A stretch of 59,711 bases of DNA, the filler included. It is 4 parts of 4 records of this genome, joined end to end, with 100 filler letters (N's around TTAATTAATTAA, not from the genome) between each part and the next. Parts side by side here need not be neighbours in the genome. Positions count along the whole stretch, not along the records: positions 1 to 31,364 come from SRR31156797_5935; 3 more parts are not named here. One strand, 5' to 3'. This document shows, in pieces, positions 17,618-28,046 of this stretch. Each line of letters starts with the position of its first letter. Within the stretch, counting starts at the first letter, position 1. The notes under the pieces were generated by a model, which was not told the origin of the DNA, did not search any database, and was given only the letters and a program-made list of their open reading frames with translations. The position numbers and the translations under genes are program-made.

Positions 17618-19723
17618 ATGGATAATAAATATAAAATATTAAAAGAGGTTTTCGGACACGATAACTTTAGAAGTTTTCAAGAGAGTGTTGTTGATGCAAT
17701 TTTAGATAAAAAAGATGTATTAACAATTCTTCCAACAGGCGGAGGGAAATCCCTATGTTATCAATTGCCTTCATTACTTTTAGATGGACTTACTGTTGTA
17801 ATTTCACCACTTATTGCACTTATGCAAGATCAAGTAAAAGCTTTAAATGACTTAAATATTAGTGCAGGAATGATTAGTTCTCTTTCATCACAAGATGAAA
17901 ACAATTTTACTTTGCAAAAGATTTTAAATAAACAATTAAAGTTTTTGTATGTAGCTCCTGAAAGATTTACTTCAAATGAGTTTGTAGGAGTTTTACAAAG
18001 GGTTGATATAAACTATTTTGTAATAGATGAAGCCCACTGTGTTAGTGGTTGGGGTCATGAATTTAGAGCAGAATATAGAAATCTTGATAGATTAAAAAGG
18101 TTTTTCCCAAACACTGCAATAGCAGCTTTTACAGCAACTGCAACAAAAAGAGTTGAAGAGGATATTGCTCAAAGTTTACACCTAAACAATCCTTTACACT
18201 TTAGAGCAAAAACAGTTAGAGATAATCTTGATATAAAAGTAGAACCTCGTATCTCAAATGGTAAAACACAAATTCTAAACTTCCTAAAATCACACAAAGG
18301 ACTTTGTGGAATAATCTATACCTTTACTAGAAAAGAAGCAGAAGCAACTGCAGAGTTTTTAGCGCAAAATGGATTTAGTGCAAAAGCATACCATGCAGGT
18401 TTAAGCAATGAAGTTAAAAACAAAGTCTTTGATGACTTTGTATATGAAAAGATTGATATAGTTGTAGCAACAATCGCTTTTGGAATGGGAATAGATAAAT
18501 CAAATATAAGATTTGTAATTCATACTTCACTTCCTAAAACTTTAGAAAACTATTATCAAGAAATAGGGCGAGCAGGAAGAGATGGAGAGATGTCTTATGT
18601 TTATCTTCTTTACTCAAAAGCAGATGAAGTAAAAAGAAAAATCCAAATAGAAGAAGCAATAGATGATTCATACAAACAAGTAGGGCTTGAAAAGCTTGAA
18701 AAGATGTATCGATATTGTGTTAGTAATAACTGTCGACATAAACTTATAGCTTCTTATTTTGAAGATGAGATAGAAGATTGTAAAACTTTATGTGATAACT
18801 GTACAAAAGGGGAAGTTGAGCAAGTTGATGTAAGTGTAGATGCACAAAAACTCTTATCAAGTATTTATAGAAGTGAACAAAGATTTGGACTAAATCATAT
18901 TATTGATATTTTAAGAGGTTCAAAAAACAAAAAGCTTTTAGAGTTTGGGCACGATAAACTTTCTGTTTATGGTTTAGGTGTTGATAAAAGTAAAAATGAG
19001 TGGGTAGCAATAGCTGATAAACTTATAGATATGCAAGCTTTAGATTTGGGTGAGTTTAGAGCCTTAAAGATTACAAATCTTGGATTTCAAATCTTAAAAG
19101 GGCAAGAAAAACTACTTATTGATTCAGATAAATTAGGAATTGCACAAAAAGTTGAAGAGAGTGTTGAAGAGTTAAGTTTTGATGAACAATTGTTTGAAAA
19201 GTTTAGAACTCTAAGAAAAGATATGGCTTTAGAACACGAAGTTCCAGCTTATGTTATATTTGGAGATAAAACTTTAAAAGAGTTTGCTGTTAAACTTCCA
19301 ATTACAAAAGAACAAATGCTTGATATAAATGGAGTAGGGCTAGTAAAATATGAAAAATATGGAGAGCCTTTTTTAAAACTTTCAAAGTGCATAAAAGAGG
19401 AGTTTAAAGAGGAAGTTGAAAATAGAGTTCCTCTTAAAAAGCTTACTAAAACATATCTAGATACTTATGAGTTGATATGTGAAGAAAAGAGTTTAGAAGA
19501 GATTGCACAAATAAGAGATTTGAATATCACTTCAATACTTTCTCATGTATCATTATTAAGTGAACACAAGAAAATTACTGAAGGCAAAAAAAGAGAACTT
19601 TTAAAACCTTTTGAGGTTCCTACAAATATAAAACATTGGATAGAAGATGGTTTAAGATTAGATTCTATAAAACAATTAAGACAATATTTGTATTTATATG
19701 AGTATTTAGAAAAAGAGCTATAA
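17618..19723 (+). CDS. recQ: DNA helicase RecQ
   Basis: PTGGGKSLCYQLP, DEAHC, WGHEFR, YYQEIGRAGRDG, Zn-binding Cys cluster, RQC and HRDC regions. Confidence 0.96.
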   Translation: MDNKYKILKEVFGHDNFRSFQESVVDAILDKKDVLTILPTGGGKSLCYQLPSLLLDGLTVVISPLIALMQDQVKALNDLNISAGMISSLSSQDENNFTLQKILNKQLKFLYVAPERFTSNEFVGVLQRVDINYFVIDEAHCVSGWGHEFRAEYRNLDRLKRFFPNTAIAAFTATATKRVEEDIAQSLHLNNPLHFRAKTVRDNLDIKVEPRISNGKTQILNFLKSHKGLCGIIYTFTRKEAEATAEFLAQNGFSAKAYHAGLSNEVKNKVFDDFVYEKIDIVVATIAFGMGIDKSNIRFVIHTSLPKTLENYYQEIGRAGRDGEMSYVYLLYSKADEVKRKIQIEEAIDDSYKQVGLEKLEKMYRYCVSNNCRHKLIASYFEDEIEDCKTLCDNCTKGEVEQVDVSVDAQKLLSSIYRSEQRFGLNHIIDILRGSKNKKLLEFGHDKLSVYGLGVDKSKNEWVAIADKLIDMQALDLGEFRALKITNLGFQILKGQEKLLIDSDKLGIAQKVEESVEELSFDEQLFEKFRTLRKDMALEHEVPAYVIFGDKTLKEFAVKLPITKEQMLDINGVGLVKYEKYGEPFLKLSKCIKEEFKEEVENRVPLKKLTKTYLDTYELICEEKSLEEIAQIRDLNITSILSHVSLLSEHKKITEGKKRELLKPFEVPTNIKHWIEDGLRLDSIKQLRQYLYLYEYLEKEL

Positions 19724-19728
19724 AGAAG

Positions 19729-20286
19729 TTAAAATACTTCTTTATTAGCTGTTTGAGATATTAGATTAGGAATATTCTCTACAAACTTATCATTTACAAT
19801 TATATTGTAGTGCTCATAAGTTTTTTGGTAGTTTGATTCAAAGTTATATTTCATCAATTCATTAAAAAAACTATCGCTTAAAATATTTTTCTCTTTTTGG
19901 TTTTTATAGTATTTTATATTTAATAGTTCTTTATCTTTTGTAATAAAATCATTTAAAGCTTGCAGTGCAGCTGTTTTTCTGATTTTTGATTCAAACTCAT
20001 TTTTAAAGTTTTTATTACAAGCATTCTCTTCAATTATCTTATAAATATTAAACATTGCCATATCAGGAGTGATATATAGGTTTAATTCTGCTAGTTTTTT
20101 ACTTGTTTCTTCTTGGTCTAAAAATGTTTCAAATACAAAATTACCTAATGATATGTGATAATATAATTCATATTTAGTGATTAAATCTACAATCGAATCT
20201 CTTTTAAAATATTTGCTAAATTTATCTTCTTTTTTTTCGTTGCAAAGGTTTATTATAGTTTCATCTGCATTATTAAAATTTTTCAT
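19729..20286 (-). CDS. Hypothetical protein
   Basis: 185-aa ORF with AAGGAG RBS. No recognisable motif. Confidence 0.7.
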   Translation of the reverse strand: MKNFNNADETIINLCNEKKEDKFSKYFKRDSIVDLITKYELYYHISLGNFVFETFLDQEETSKKLAELNLYITPDMAMFNIYKIIEENACNKNFKNEFESKIRKTAALQALNDFITKDKELLNIKYYKNQKEKNILSDSFFNELMKYNFESNYQKTYEHYNIIVNDKFVENIPNLISQTANKEVF

Positions 20287-20405
20287 TTTTAACTCCTTAG
20301 AGGATTAAATTTTGTAAATCACAAAAATTATAACAAATAAAATTGGCAGTTGTCAAGCATAAGTGCTAAAAAATAAACACCTTTAGTAAGAGGGACTAAA
20401 AATTA

Positions 20406-22109
20406 TTAAGTAATTGGCAAAATAATAGTAAATGCAGCACCCTTATATTTCTCTTTAAAAACATTGAAAGTTGTGTTTTCAACTTTTATTTCACCATTCA
20501 TATGTTTATTTATAATCATCATACAAAGGTGCAATCCTATACCTGAACTTTGTTTTGTTGAGTAGAATTGTTCAAAGATATTGTTTATATGTTCCTCTTC
20601 AATCCCTTGGGCATTGTCTCTGATTTTTATAAATATTTTTCCCTCTTTTTTATATGTTTGTATTTGTATTAGAGGTTTTTTTATTTGTCTTTCTATAAAC
20701 ACATCTCTACTATTTGATAAGATATTTATTAAGACTTGTGCAAACTCATTTTGATACCCATAAAGAGATAAATCATTCTCTTTTTGTCTAATTATTTGAA
20801 TATTTAGTTTTGTAAAATCGTTTTCTAAAAGCTTCAATGCAACATTTAATGTATCATCAAACATAAAGTTAGTTTTTGTTTTGTCTTGAATATGGAAGTT
20901 TTTAAACTCATCAACAATATTACTCATATAATCCAAGGTATTTTGCATATTTTCTAAAGAGGTTTGTAGTTTTTCTTTTTTTGGCATCCCTTTAAACTCA
21001 ATTTCACTTTGAATAGAGATAATATTTGATGAAAGCTTAGATAAAGGGCTTCTCCATTGGTGTTCAATATTTGATAGAGTTTCTCCAATAGTTGCATATC
21101 TTGATTGAATATATAAAATCTCATCTTTATTTTTAAGCTGTTGAAGTGATTCAAACTTTTGATTATGAAATTTGTTTATTCTATATGAGATTATAATAGT
21201 TATTAAAATACCAATCAATAAGCTAAGTTCAAAAACAATACTTTTTCTGTCATTTATGTATTCTACACTAGGTATTGCTTCAAATACCCACTCTTTACCC
21301 CAAACATTAGGAAATGATTTTTTGTAAGTTATGTGTTTGTATGCTTTTCCTTTTGCTTTGTGGGAAAAAATATTTTTTTCTATACGATAATTTGTTTCAT
21401 AAATATTGATATTTATTTTTTTTGCAATGTCATCATTTAACATAGATTTTTTAAATATGTCTTCTATAACAAAAACACCTAAAACAAAACCTCTAACCTC
21501 CCTTACTTTATCTTTAAAAATAGGAAGAAATGCCAAAAAGCCAACTTTATTTTTATTTTGAACTAAATTTATTGCACTTGTAATTCTTGGTTGTTTTATT
21601 AAAATTGAGTTCAAAATTGTGATATTTCTTTTACTTGTACTTGATAAATCAAAGCCTAATGCCGTTTCATTATTTTTTAAAGGTGCTACATAATAAACTG
21701 GAAAATACTCATCTTTATTGTGTATTCTCACAAAATTTTTATCTTTGTCTAGCTTTTTAAAGAAAAACTCTTTTTCGTACTCTTGTCTTTTTTCGTGTGG
21801 TACTCTTGGAATCCACTCTAAAGCTTGTAGGGCATTGTGTCTGTTTATGATTTTTTGGGCTTCTTTTTGAAATGTTTCTCTTGAAGGTACTTTGTTTTCA
21901 TTAAATAAAATTGATAAAGTATAAAGGGTTTCAAGATTTACAGAAATCTCTCTATAAAAAGATTTCATTTTATTATCAACTACATTTTCAAATCTATTTT
22001 TTATGGCTTTTTCTTCAATATTATTTATGGTAAAACTTATAAATAAAGAGAGTAGAAATCCTATAATTATTATTGAAGAAACATGTAGTTTATATCTGTT
22101 TTTTATCAA
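20406..22109 (-). CDS. Sensor histidine kinase with periplasmic CHASE domain
   Basis: TM-CHASE-TM (ALEWIPRV, YFPVYYVAP..N..ALGFD, ITSAINLVQ), then H-box HQWRSPL, N-box NILSNSRD, DNAQGI and SGIGL. Confidence 0.88.
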   Translation of the reverse strand: MIKNRYKLHVSSIIIIGFLLSLFISFTINNIEEKAIKNRFENVVDNKMKSFYREISVNLETLYTLSILFNENKVPSRETFQKEAQKIINRHNALQALEWIPRVPHEKRQEYEKEFFFKKLDKDKNFVRIHNKDEYFPVYYVAPLKNNETALGFDLSSTSKRNITILNSILIKQPRITSAINLVQNKNKVGFLAFLPIFKDKVREVRGFVLGVFVIEDIFKKSMLNDDIAKKININIYETNYRIEKNIFSHKAKGKAYKHITYKKSFPNVWGKEWVFEAIPSVEYINDRKSIVFELSLLIGILITIIISYRINKFHNQKFESLQQLKNKDEILYIQSRYATIGETLSNIEHQWRSPLSKLSSNIISIQSEIEFKGMPKKEKLQTSLENMQNTLDYMSNIVDEFKNFHIQDKTKTNFMFDDTLNVALKLLENDFTKLNIQIIRQKENDLSLYGYQNEFAQVLINILSNSRDVFIERQIKKPLIQIQTYKKEGKIFIKIRDNAQGIEEEHINNIFEQFYSTKQSSGIGLHLCMMIINKHMNGEIKVENTTFNVFKEKYKGAAFTIILPIT

Positions 22110-22786
22110 ATTAGAAGCCTGTAACCTTGTTCGTTTTCATTTATTATTGAGGTTTTTCCTATTTTTTGTCTTAGTTTTCCCACAATAACTTTTAGTGTTC
22201 CTTTATTTAGACTATCGCCTTCCCAAACATTTTCTTCTATAACATCATAAAAAACAAGTTCATTTTTAAACTCAATTAGTGTTTCTAAAAGAAGTTTTTC
22301 TTTGTTTTGAAGTTTTTCTATCTCATTGTTTTCATTTATAAAAATATTTGTATGAAGATTGTATTTAGAACCATTTTGAAAAACTATTTCAAATTTATTT
22401 CTTTCTAATAGTTTATCTGAGCAATTAAATAGTGCTTCTTTTAAGTTTTGGTAAGAGATTGGTTTAATTATATATGATTCAAGATGTAAAGAAACTGCTT
22501 CCATTAAAAACTTTTCTGTTTTATAAGCAGTTAGTACTACAATTGGTGTTGTACTATCTTCTTCTCTAATCTCTCTTACTAATTCTAAACCATTTCTTCC
22601 TGGCATATCAATATCAGTAAAAATAATATCTGGTTTAATCTCATCATAAATATCCAAAGCATCTTCTACATTTGATGCTGAATAAACTTTTTTGACCATA
22701 TTTGAGATTGTATCTGTAAGGTTATTTCTTACTTCATCATCATCTTCAACATATAAAATTGTTAAATACTTTAGTATATTTTTCAT
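22106..22786 (-). CDS. OmpR-family response regulator
   Basis: LYVEDD, FTDIDMP, YIIKP and winged-helix C-terminus (GKLRQKI..GYRL). Overlaps the kinase start. ATG 22786 is preferred over TTG 22792. Confidence 0.9.
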   Translation of the reverse strand: MKNILKYLTILYVEDDDEVRNNLTDTISNMVKKVYSASNVEDALDIYDEIKPDIIFTDIDMPGRNGLELVREIREEDSTTPIVVLTAYKTEKFLMEAVSLHLESYIIKPISYQNLKEALFNCSDKLLERNKFEIVFQNGSKYNLHTNIFINENNEIEKLQNKEKLLLETLIEFKNELVFYDVIEENVWEGDSLNKGTLKVIVGKLRQKIGKTSIINENEQGYRLLI

Positions 22787-22813
22787 GGTCAAAATTATAT
22801 CTAATGAAACTTA

Positions 22814-24526
22814 TTAATCCACATGTTTTAGTTTTTCAGGCTCAAAGTGTGGGATTGACTCTATAAGTTTTTTAGTGTACTCCTCTTTAGGGTTTTCTAA
22901 GATGTCATAAACATCACCTTGTTCAACTATTTCACCTCTGTTCATTACTATAACTCTTTCACAAAGTAGTTTAACTACATTTAAGTCATGTGATACAAAA
23001 ATATAACTCATTTGAAGTTCTATTTTTAGTTTTTCTAAAAGTTGTAAAACAACTGCTTGAACAGATACATCAAGTGCAGAAGTTGGCTCATCTAGAATAA
23101 GAATTTTTGGATTTACTGAAATAGCTCTTGCAATTCCAACTCTAGCTTTTTGTCCACCTGATAATTGATGGGGAAATCTAGATAAAAGATGAACTGGAAG
23201 TCCAACCATTAAGCTTAACTCTTCAACTCTTTTTTTAATCTTCTTTTTGTCTTTCATATTAAGTAATCTTTTTAAAGGCTCTGAAATAGAATCAAAGGCA
23301 GTAAATCTAGGGTTTAAACTCTCTGTTGGGTCTTGAAAAACCATTTGGATTTTATTTCTTTGTTTCATAGATGAAAATTGTGTAGCTGTATAGGGGGTTA
23401 TATTTTCATTTTCTAAAATAATATCTCCAGAAGTTGGTTCAAGTAGTTTAGTAATCATATTTGATGTTGTCGATTTTCCACATCCAGATTCTCCAACCAA
23501 ACCTAGACTTTCACCTTTTTTTAGTGTAAATGAGATTCCATTTACAGCTGTAAATACTGGTTCTTCCTCTTTTTTAAAGTTAAAAAATGACTTTTTGCCA
23601 ATAGGGAATTTTTTTACTAAATCAATAACTTCTAAAACTACTTCATCACTTTTTATGTGTTTTTTACTAGTTGATTTTACAACTTCTACATTAGAATTTT
23701 CCATCTCTTCAGGAATAGCTGTCAAATCTTCAAGTTTTGATTTCGGTCCAGGTGAAGCTGCAATTAGTTTTTTTGTATAATTGTGTTTTGGGTTTTGAAA
23801 CAGATTATAAACACTATTTTTTTCAACTATTTCACCTTTTTGCATTACACAGATGTTATTACAATAAAGTGCTGCCATTCCTAAATCGTGTGTAATTAGC
23901 ATAACAGCCATATCTTCTTTTTGTGCTAACTCTTGAATTAAATCCATAATAACTTTTTGAGTTGTTACATCAAGTCCAGTTGTTGGTTCATCAGCAATCA
24001 AAAGTCTGGGTTTACAAGCAATAGCAATTGCAATCATAACTCTCTGGCACATTCCTCCTGAAAGCTCAAAAGGATAAGAATAATATCTTTGTTCAGGGTT
24101 TACGATTTTTACTTTTTCAAGCATTTGTATTGCTTTTTCTTTTACATCTTGCCTTGATGCTTGATGGTGACATAAAAGTACATCTTCTATTTGTTTACCA
24201 ACACATCTAATAGGGTTTAATGCTGCTCTAGGGTTTTGAAAAATCATTGAGATTTCTCTTCCTCTATAAAGTCTTAGTTCATTTTCTTTTGCTTTTGTTA
24301 AAGAGAAGTTTTCATATTTAATATCTCCATTTGAAACAAACCCAGCATCATCTAAAAGACCCAAAACAGTAAAAGCAGTTACAGATTTACCTGAACCACT
24401 TTCACCAATAACACCAAGGATTTCACCTTTTTGAATATCCATAGAGACATTTTTTACCCCATGAACAATCCCATTTCTAGTTTTGAAGCCTACACTTAAA
24501 TTGTCTATATTTAAAAATGAGTACAT
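22814..24526 (-). CDS. Fused double ATPase of peptide/nickel-type ABC transporter
   Basis: Two NBDs: [17 protein letters not shown] and [17 protein letters not shown]. Confidence 0.92.
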   Translation of the reverse strand: MYSFLNIDNLSVGFKTRNGIVHGVKNVSMDIQKGEILGVIGESGSGKSVTAFTVLGLLDDAGFVSNGDIKYENFSLTKAKENELRLYRGREISMIFQNPRAALNPIRCVGKQIEDVLLCHHQASRQDVKEKAIQMLEKVKIVNPEQRYYSYPFELSGGMCQRVMIAIAIACKPRLLIADEPTTGLDVTTQKVIMDLIQELAQKEDMAVMLITHDLGMAALYCNNICVMQKGEIVEKNSVYNLFQNPKHNYTKKLIAASPGPKSKLEDLTAIPEEMENSNVEVVKSTSKKHIKSDEVVLEVIDLVKKFPIGKKSFFNFKKEEEPVFTAVNGISFTLKKGESLGLVGESGCGKSTTSNMITKLLEPTSGDIILENENITPYTATQFSSMKQRNKIQMVFQDPTESLNPRFTAFDSISEPLKRLLNMKDKKKIKKRVEELSLMVGLPVHLLSRFPHQLSGGQKARVGIARAISVNPKILILDEPTSALDVSVQAVVLQLLEKLKIELQMSYIFVSHDLNVVKLLCERVIVMNRGEIVEQGDVYDILENPKEEYTKKLIESIPHFEPEKLKHVD

Positions 24527-24535
24527 CTATTATCC

Positions 24536-25381
24536 TTATGTTCTTTTTTTAGGGTCAACTAAATCTCTTAATCCATCACCAAGTAGATTAAAACAAAATA
24601 CTGCAAGCATAAGAGCAAGTCCTGGGAATAGGGCAAGCCACCATTCTCCTGATACTATATATGTTGCACCTTCTGCAACCATAATTCCCCATTCTGCATC
24701 AGGTGGTCTAACACCAAGTCCAATAAATGATAAACCAGCTGCATTTAAAATTGCCCATCCCATATTTAGTGAGATTTGAATCATCATAGGTGGTAAACAG
24801 TTTGGAAAAATCTGTAAAGCTAAGATTCTCATATTTGAGTTTCCATTTAGTTTTGCAGCTTGAACATATCCTGCATCTCTTCTTATTAGAACTTCTGCTC
24901 TAGTAACTCTTGCATAAAAAGGAAGGTTAATAATAGCTGTTGCATAAATGATATTTTCAACTGAATTTCCCATAGTTGCAACAATACCCATTGCTAAAAC
25001 AAAAAGAGGAAAAGCCATAATAGAATCACAAACTCTACCTATTATTTTATCAAGCCAACCACCATAAAATCCAGAAATAGCTCCCAAGGCACTTCCTGCA
25101 AAAAATGATAAAAATACAGCAGAGAAAGCAATAAATAAATCAAGTTTAGTTGCTACTATTACTCTACTTAAAATATCTCTTCCTAAGTTATCAGTTCCAA
25201 ATGGATGTGCCCATGATGGTGGCTGTAAAATAGCCTTTGAATCTGTTAAAAGTGGATCATAAGGTGCAATAGCTGAACCAAAGATTGATAAAAAAATTAG
25301 TGCAAAAAACATAAAAAAAGATAATGCTGTAACAGGATTTTCTTTTAATACATATTTAAAGTGTTTTAAAAATTGTTCCAT
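24536..25381 (-). CDS. ABC permease (DppC-like)
   Basis: HPFGTDNLGRD and LSFIGLGVRPP..EWG. Confidence 0.9.
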   Translation of the reverse strand: MEQFLKHFKYVLKENPVTALSFFMFFALIFLSIFGSAIAPYDPLLTDSKAILQPPSWAHPFGTDNLGRDILSRVIVATKLDLFIAFSAVFLSFFAGSALGAISGFYGGWLDKIIGRVCDSIMAFPLFVLAMGIVATMGNSVENIIYATAIINLPFYARVTRAEVLIRRDAGYVQAAKLNGNSNMRILALQIFPNCLPPMMIQISLNMGWAILNAAGLSFIGLGVRPPDAEWGIMVAEGATYIVSGEWWLALFPGLALMLAVFCFNLLGDGLRDLVDPKKRT

Positions 25382-25390
25382 TATCTTTCC

Positions 25391-26413
25391 TTAGTTATCT
25401 ATTGAAACTCTAGGGTCAATTAGAGTTAATACAATATCAATAAATAGGTTTACTAAAACAAATAGTAAAGCCATAGTTAAAACAAAACCTTGAACTGCTG
25501 CATAATCAGAAGCAACTAAAGCTTCAATTGCAAAAGAACCAATTCCTGGCCATGAAAATACTTTTTCTACTAAAACATTTGCTCCTAAAAGAAATGAAAA
25601 AACCATCCCTAATGTTGTTAGAATAGAAAGAAATGAGTTTCTTAAAGCATAAGTTATTAAAACTTTTCTTTGTGGTAAACCATTTGCTTTTGCAGTTCTT
25701 ACATAATCACTTGATAGGGCATTTATCATAGATGCTCTTGTCATTCTAGCAATTGGTGCTAAAGCAAAAATACCTAAAGTTAAAGCAGGTAATATAAGCT
25801 GTCTAACACTTGCCCAAAATGTTTCCATATCGTTTGCTAAAAGTGAGTCAATAGTATAAAAACCTGTCACATGAGGAGGTGAAAGATATATAATATCAAG
25901 TCTTCCAATTGGCGAAGGTGCAATTCCTAATAGAAAATAAAATATATAAATAAGAAATAAACCCGTAAAAAATGTTGGAAGTGAAACTCCCATTGTCACT
26001 AAAACTCTAGTTAAATGGTCTATCCAACTTCCAGGTTTTGTTGCTGATAAAATCCCCAATGGTACAGCAACAAAAATTGCAAAAGTTAAACCAATAAAAG
26101 TTAACTCCAATGAAGCTGGAAGTCTAGTTGTTAGTTCTTCCAAAACGGGAAGTCCCGTATTTAAAGATAATCCTAAATCTCCAACTGAAAGGTTTTGAAC
26201 ATAAATAAAAAACTGTTCAATAATCCCTTTGTCTAAACCAAGTGCTATTCTTACTTCATTTATCGATTCTTCATCTGCCATTGCCCCAGCAAAATAAACT
26301 GCTGGGTCTCCTGGTAAGGCTCTTGTTAGAAGAAAAGAGATGATAATAATACCTATGATTGAAGGTATTGACTGAAATAGCCTATTTGCTATTTGACCGA
26401 CACGATTTTTCAT
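25391..26413 (-). CDS. ABC permease (DppB-like)
   Basis: PGDPA, GDLGLS, DYVRTAKANGL and VEKVFSWPGIG. Confidence 0.9.
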   Translation of the reverse strand: MKNRVGQIANRLFQSIPSIIGIIIISFLLTRALPGDPAVYFAGAMADEESINEVRIALGLDKGIIEQFFIYVQNLSVGDLGLSLNTGLPVLEELTTRLPASLELTFIGLTFAIFVAVPLGILSATKPGSWIDHLTRVLVTMGVSLPTFFTGLFLIYIFYFLLGIAPSPIGRLDIIYLSPPHVTGFYTIDSLLANDMETFWASVRQLILPALTLGIFALAPIARMTRASMINALSSDYVRTAKANGLPQRKVLITYALRNSFLSILTTLGMVFSFLLGANVLVEKVFSWPGIGSFAIEALVASDYAAVQGFVLTMALLFVLVNLFIDIVLTLIDPRVSIDN

Positions 26414-26417
26414 GATA

Positions 26418-28031
26418 CTATGATTTTGTAATTGTGCTACAATCTAGCTGTCTATGGAACCAAGAAGAATAACCATCAACATTTTTTTGCATTGCTGCAT
26501 CTAAATATGGTTGATATAGTGGAATTCTAGGAACATCCTCAAATGCAATCTCAATCATCTCTTTAATCATTGGCTGATACTCAGGGTCATTTACTTCCAT
26601 AAATAAAGTTTTACCTGTTAACTCTTCAATCTTCTCATTTTTGTAGTTTGATGAGTTAAATAGATGTCCATATTGGTATGCCCAGAAGAAATAGTAATCT
26701 GGATAGTTTAACCATCCACCAAAGTTTTCTAAGTGCATTGGAAGTCTTTTCTCAATAAGTGCTGCTGTTCTCCAGTTTGCTCCTGGAATTTTGTCTAGTT
26801 TTACTTTGATACCGATCTTTTTTAAAGCTTCTTGAATAAGTAATGCAGTTGGTTCTTGCCAATCTGCCATCCCTAAGTTATAAGATAGTGTTGTTTCAAA
26901 TCCATCTTTAAATCCAGCTTCTTCCATAAGTTTTTTTGCTTTTTGGATATTTGTATCATAAGGGAAAGCTTGTGGCCATTTAATAGAAGTTGGTTTATTA
27001 CTTTTCGCACCAAACATAGGAACAGCTCTTCCATAAGCTGCAGCTTCTATAATTTGTTGATAAGGAATAGCATAAGCAATTGCTTGTCTTACTTTTTTGT
27101 TATCAAATGGTTTGTATTTTACATTTAAACCTAATACATGTAAGCAGTTATCTACAGGAGCACCTTGAACTTTGATTTTACCTTCCTCTTTGAACTCTTT
27201 TACATCTTTTGGTGGAACATCAGTATAAAGGTCTGCATCTTTTCTTTCAAGTAAGGCTCTTCTTGTTGAAGCAGAAGGAACTTCTCTTACAATAACTCTC
27301 TGTATAGCTGGTTTTGGACCAACAGCATAATCTTCGTTTCTTTGGTAAACATATTGTTGTCCAGCATCCCATCTTGCTATTTTATATGGTCCTGAACCAG
27401 CAGGTGTTTTATGTAAATACTCAGTTGCCCAAGGATCTTTTGCTGTTGCGTGTTTTTTAGCAACTTTTGAGTTAATAATAAATGGAATTGGAACAGCTAA
27501 ATCTGGAAGTGTTAACTTTGAAGCAACAGGTGTATCAATTCTAAAAGTCATATCATCAACTACTACAAATTGTTTTGGGTCAGTCATAGAACCAGCTTTC
27601 ATTTGAACTGTTGGGAAACCTCCAAGAGTAACAGCTCTGTCAAAAGACCATTTTACATCGTGTGCAGTTACTTGTGTTCCATCCCAGAATTTTGCTCTCT
27701 CATCTATTTTAAATGTGATTGATTTTCTATCTTCTGAAAACTCCCATGATTTTGCAACTTGTGGCTCAATTTTTGTAGAATCATAAGCAAGTGTTCCGTC
27801 TGCTAAAGTAGTAGTTCCAAATCTTACAAGTCTATCATAGATATTTACTGTAACTTCATAACTTGGTCTATTTGTTCCTTTTCTATGTAAATCAAGGCTG
27901 TTAATTGAATGTCCTGAAATAACAACTAACATTCCATCTCTTGAAGCAGCATTTGCTTCTACTGGTAAATATCTTAAAAATGGTAAAACAGAAGCTGCCG
28001 CAGCAACTCTCATAAAATCTCTTCTTTGCAT
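26418..28031 (-). CDS. Tat-exported ABC substrate-binding protein (SBP family 5)
   Basis: QRRDFMR Tat motif with ANA cleavage site. KFWDGTQVTAHDVKWS, GSGPY and VRQAIAYAI. Confidence 0.9.
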   Translation of the reverse strand: MQRRDFMRVAAAASVLPFLRYLPVEANAASRDGMLVVISGHSINSLDLHRKGTNRPSYEVTVNIYDRLVRFGTTTLADGTLAYDSTKIEPQVAKSWEFSEDRKSITFKIDERAKFWDGTQVTAHDVKWSFDRAVTLGGFPTVQMKAGSMTDPKQFVVVDDMTFRIDTPVASKLTLPDLAVPIPFIINSKVAKKHATAKDPWATEYLHKTPAGSGPYKIARWDAGQQYVYQRNEDYAVGPKPAIQRVIVREVPSASTRRALLERKDADLYTDVPPKDVKEFKEEGKIKVQGAPVDNCLHVLGLNVKYKPFDNKKVRQAIAYAIPYQQIIEAAAYGRAVPMFGAKSNKPTSIKWPQAFPYDTNIQKAKKLMEEAGFKDGFETTLSYNLGMADWQEPTALLIQEALKKIGIKVKLDKIPGANWRTAALIEKRLPMHLENFGGWLNYPDYYFFWAYQYGHLFNSSNYKNEKIEELTGKTLFMEVNDPEYQPMIKEMIEIAFEDVPRIPLYQPYLDAAMQKNVDGYSSWFHRQLDCSTITKS

Positions 28032-28046
28032 AATTATTTCCTTTTT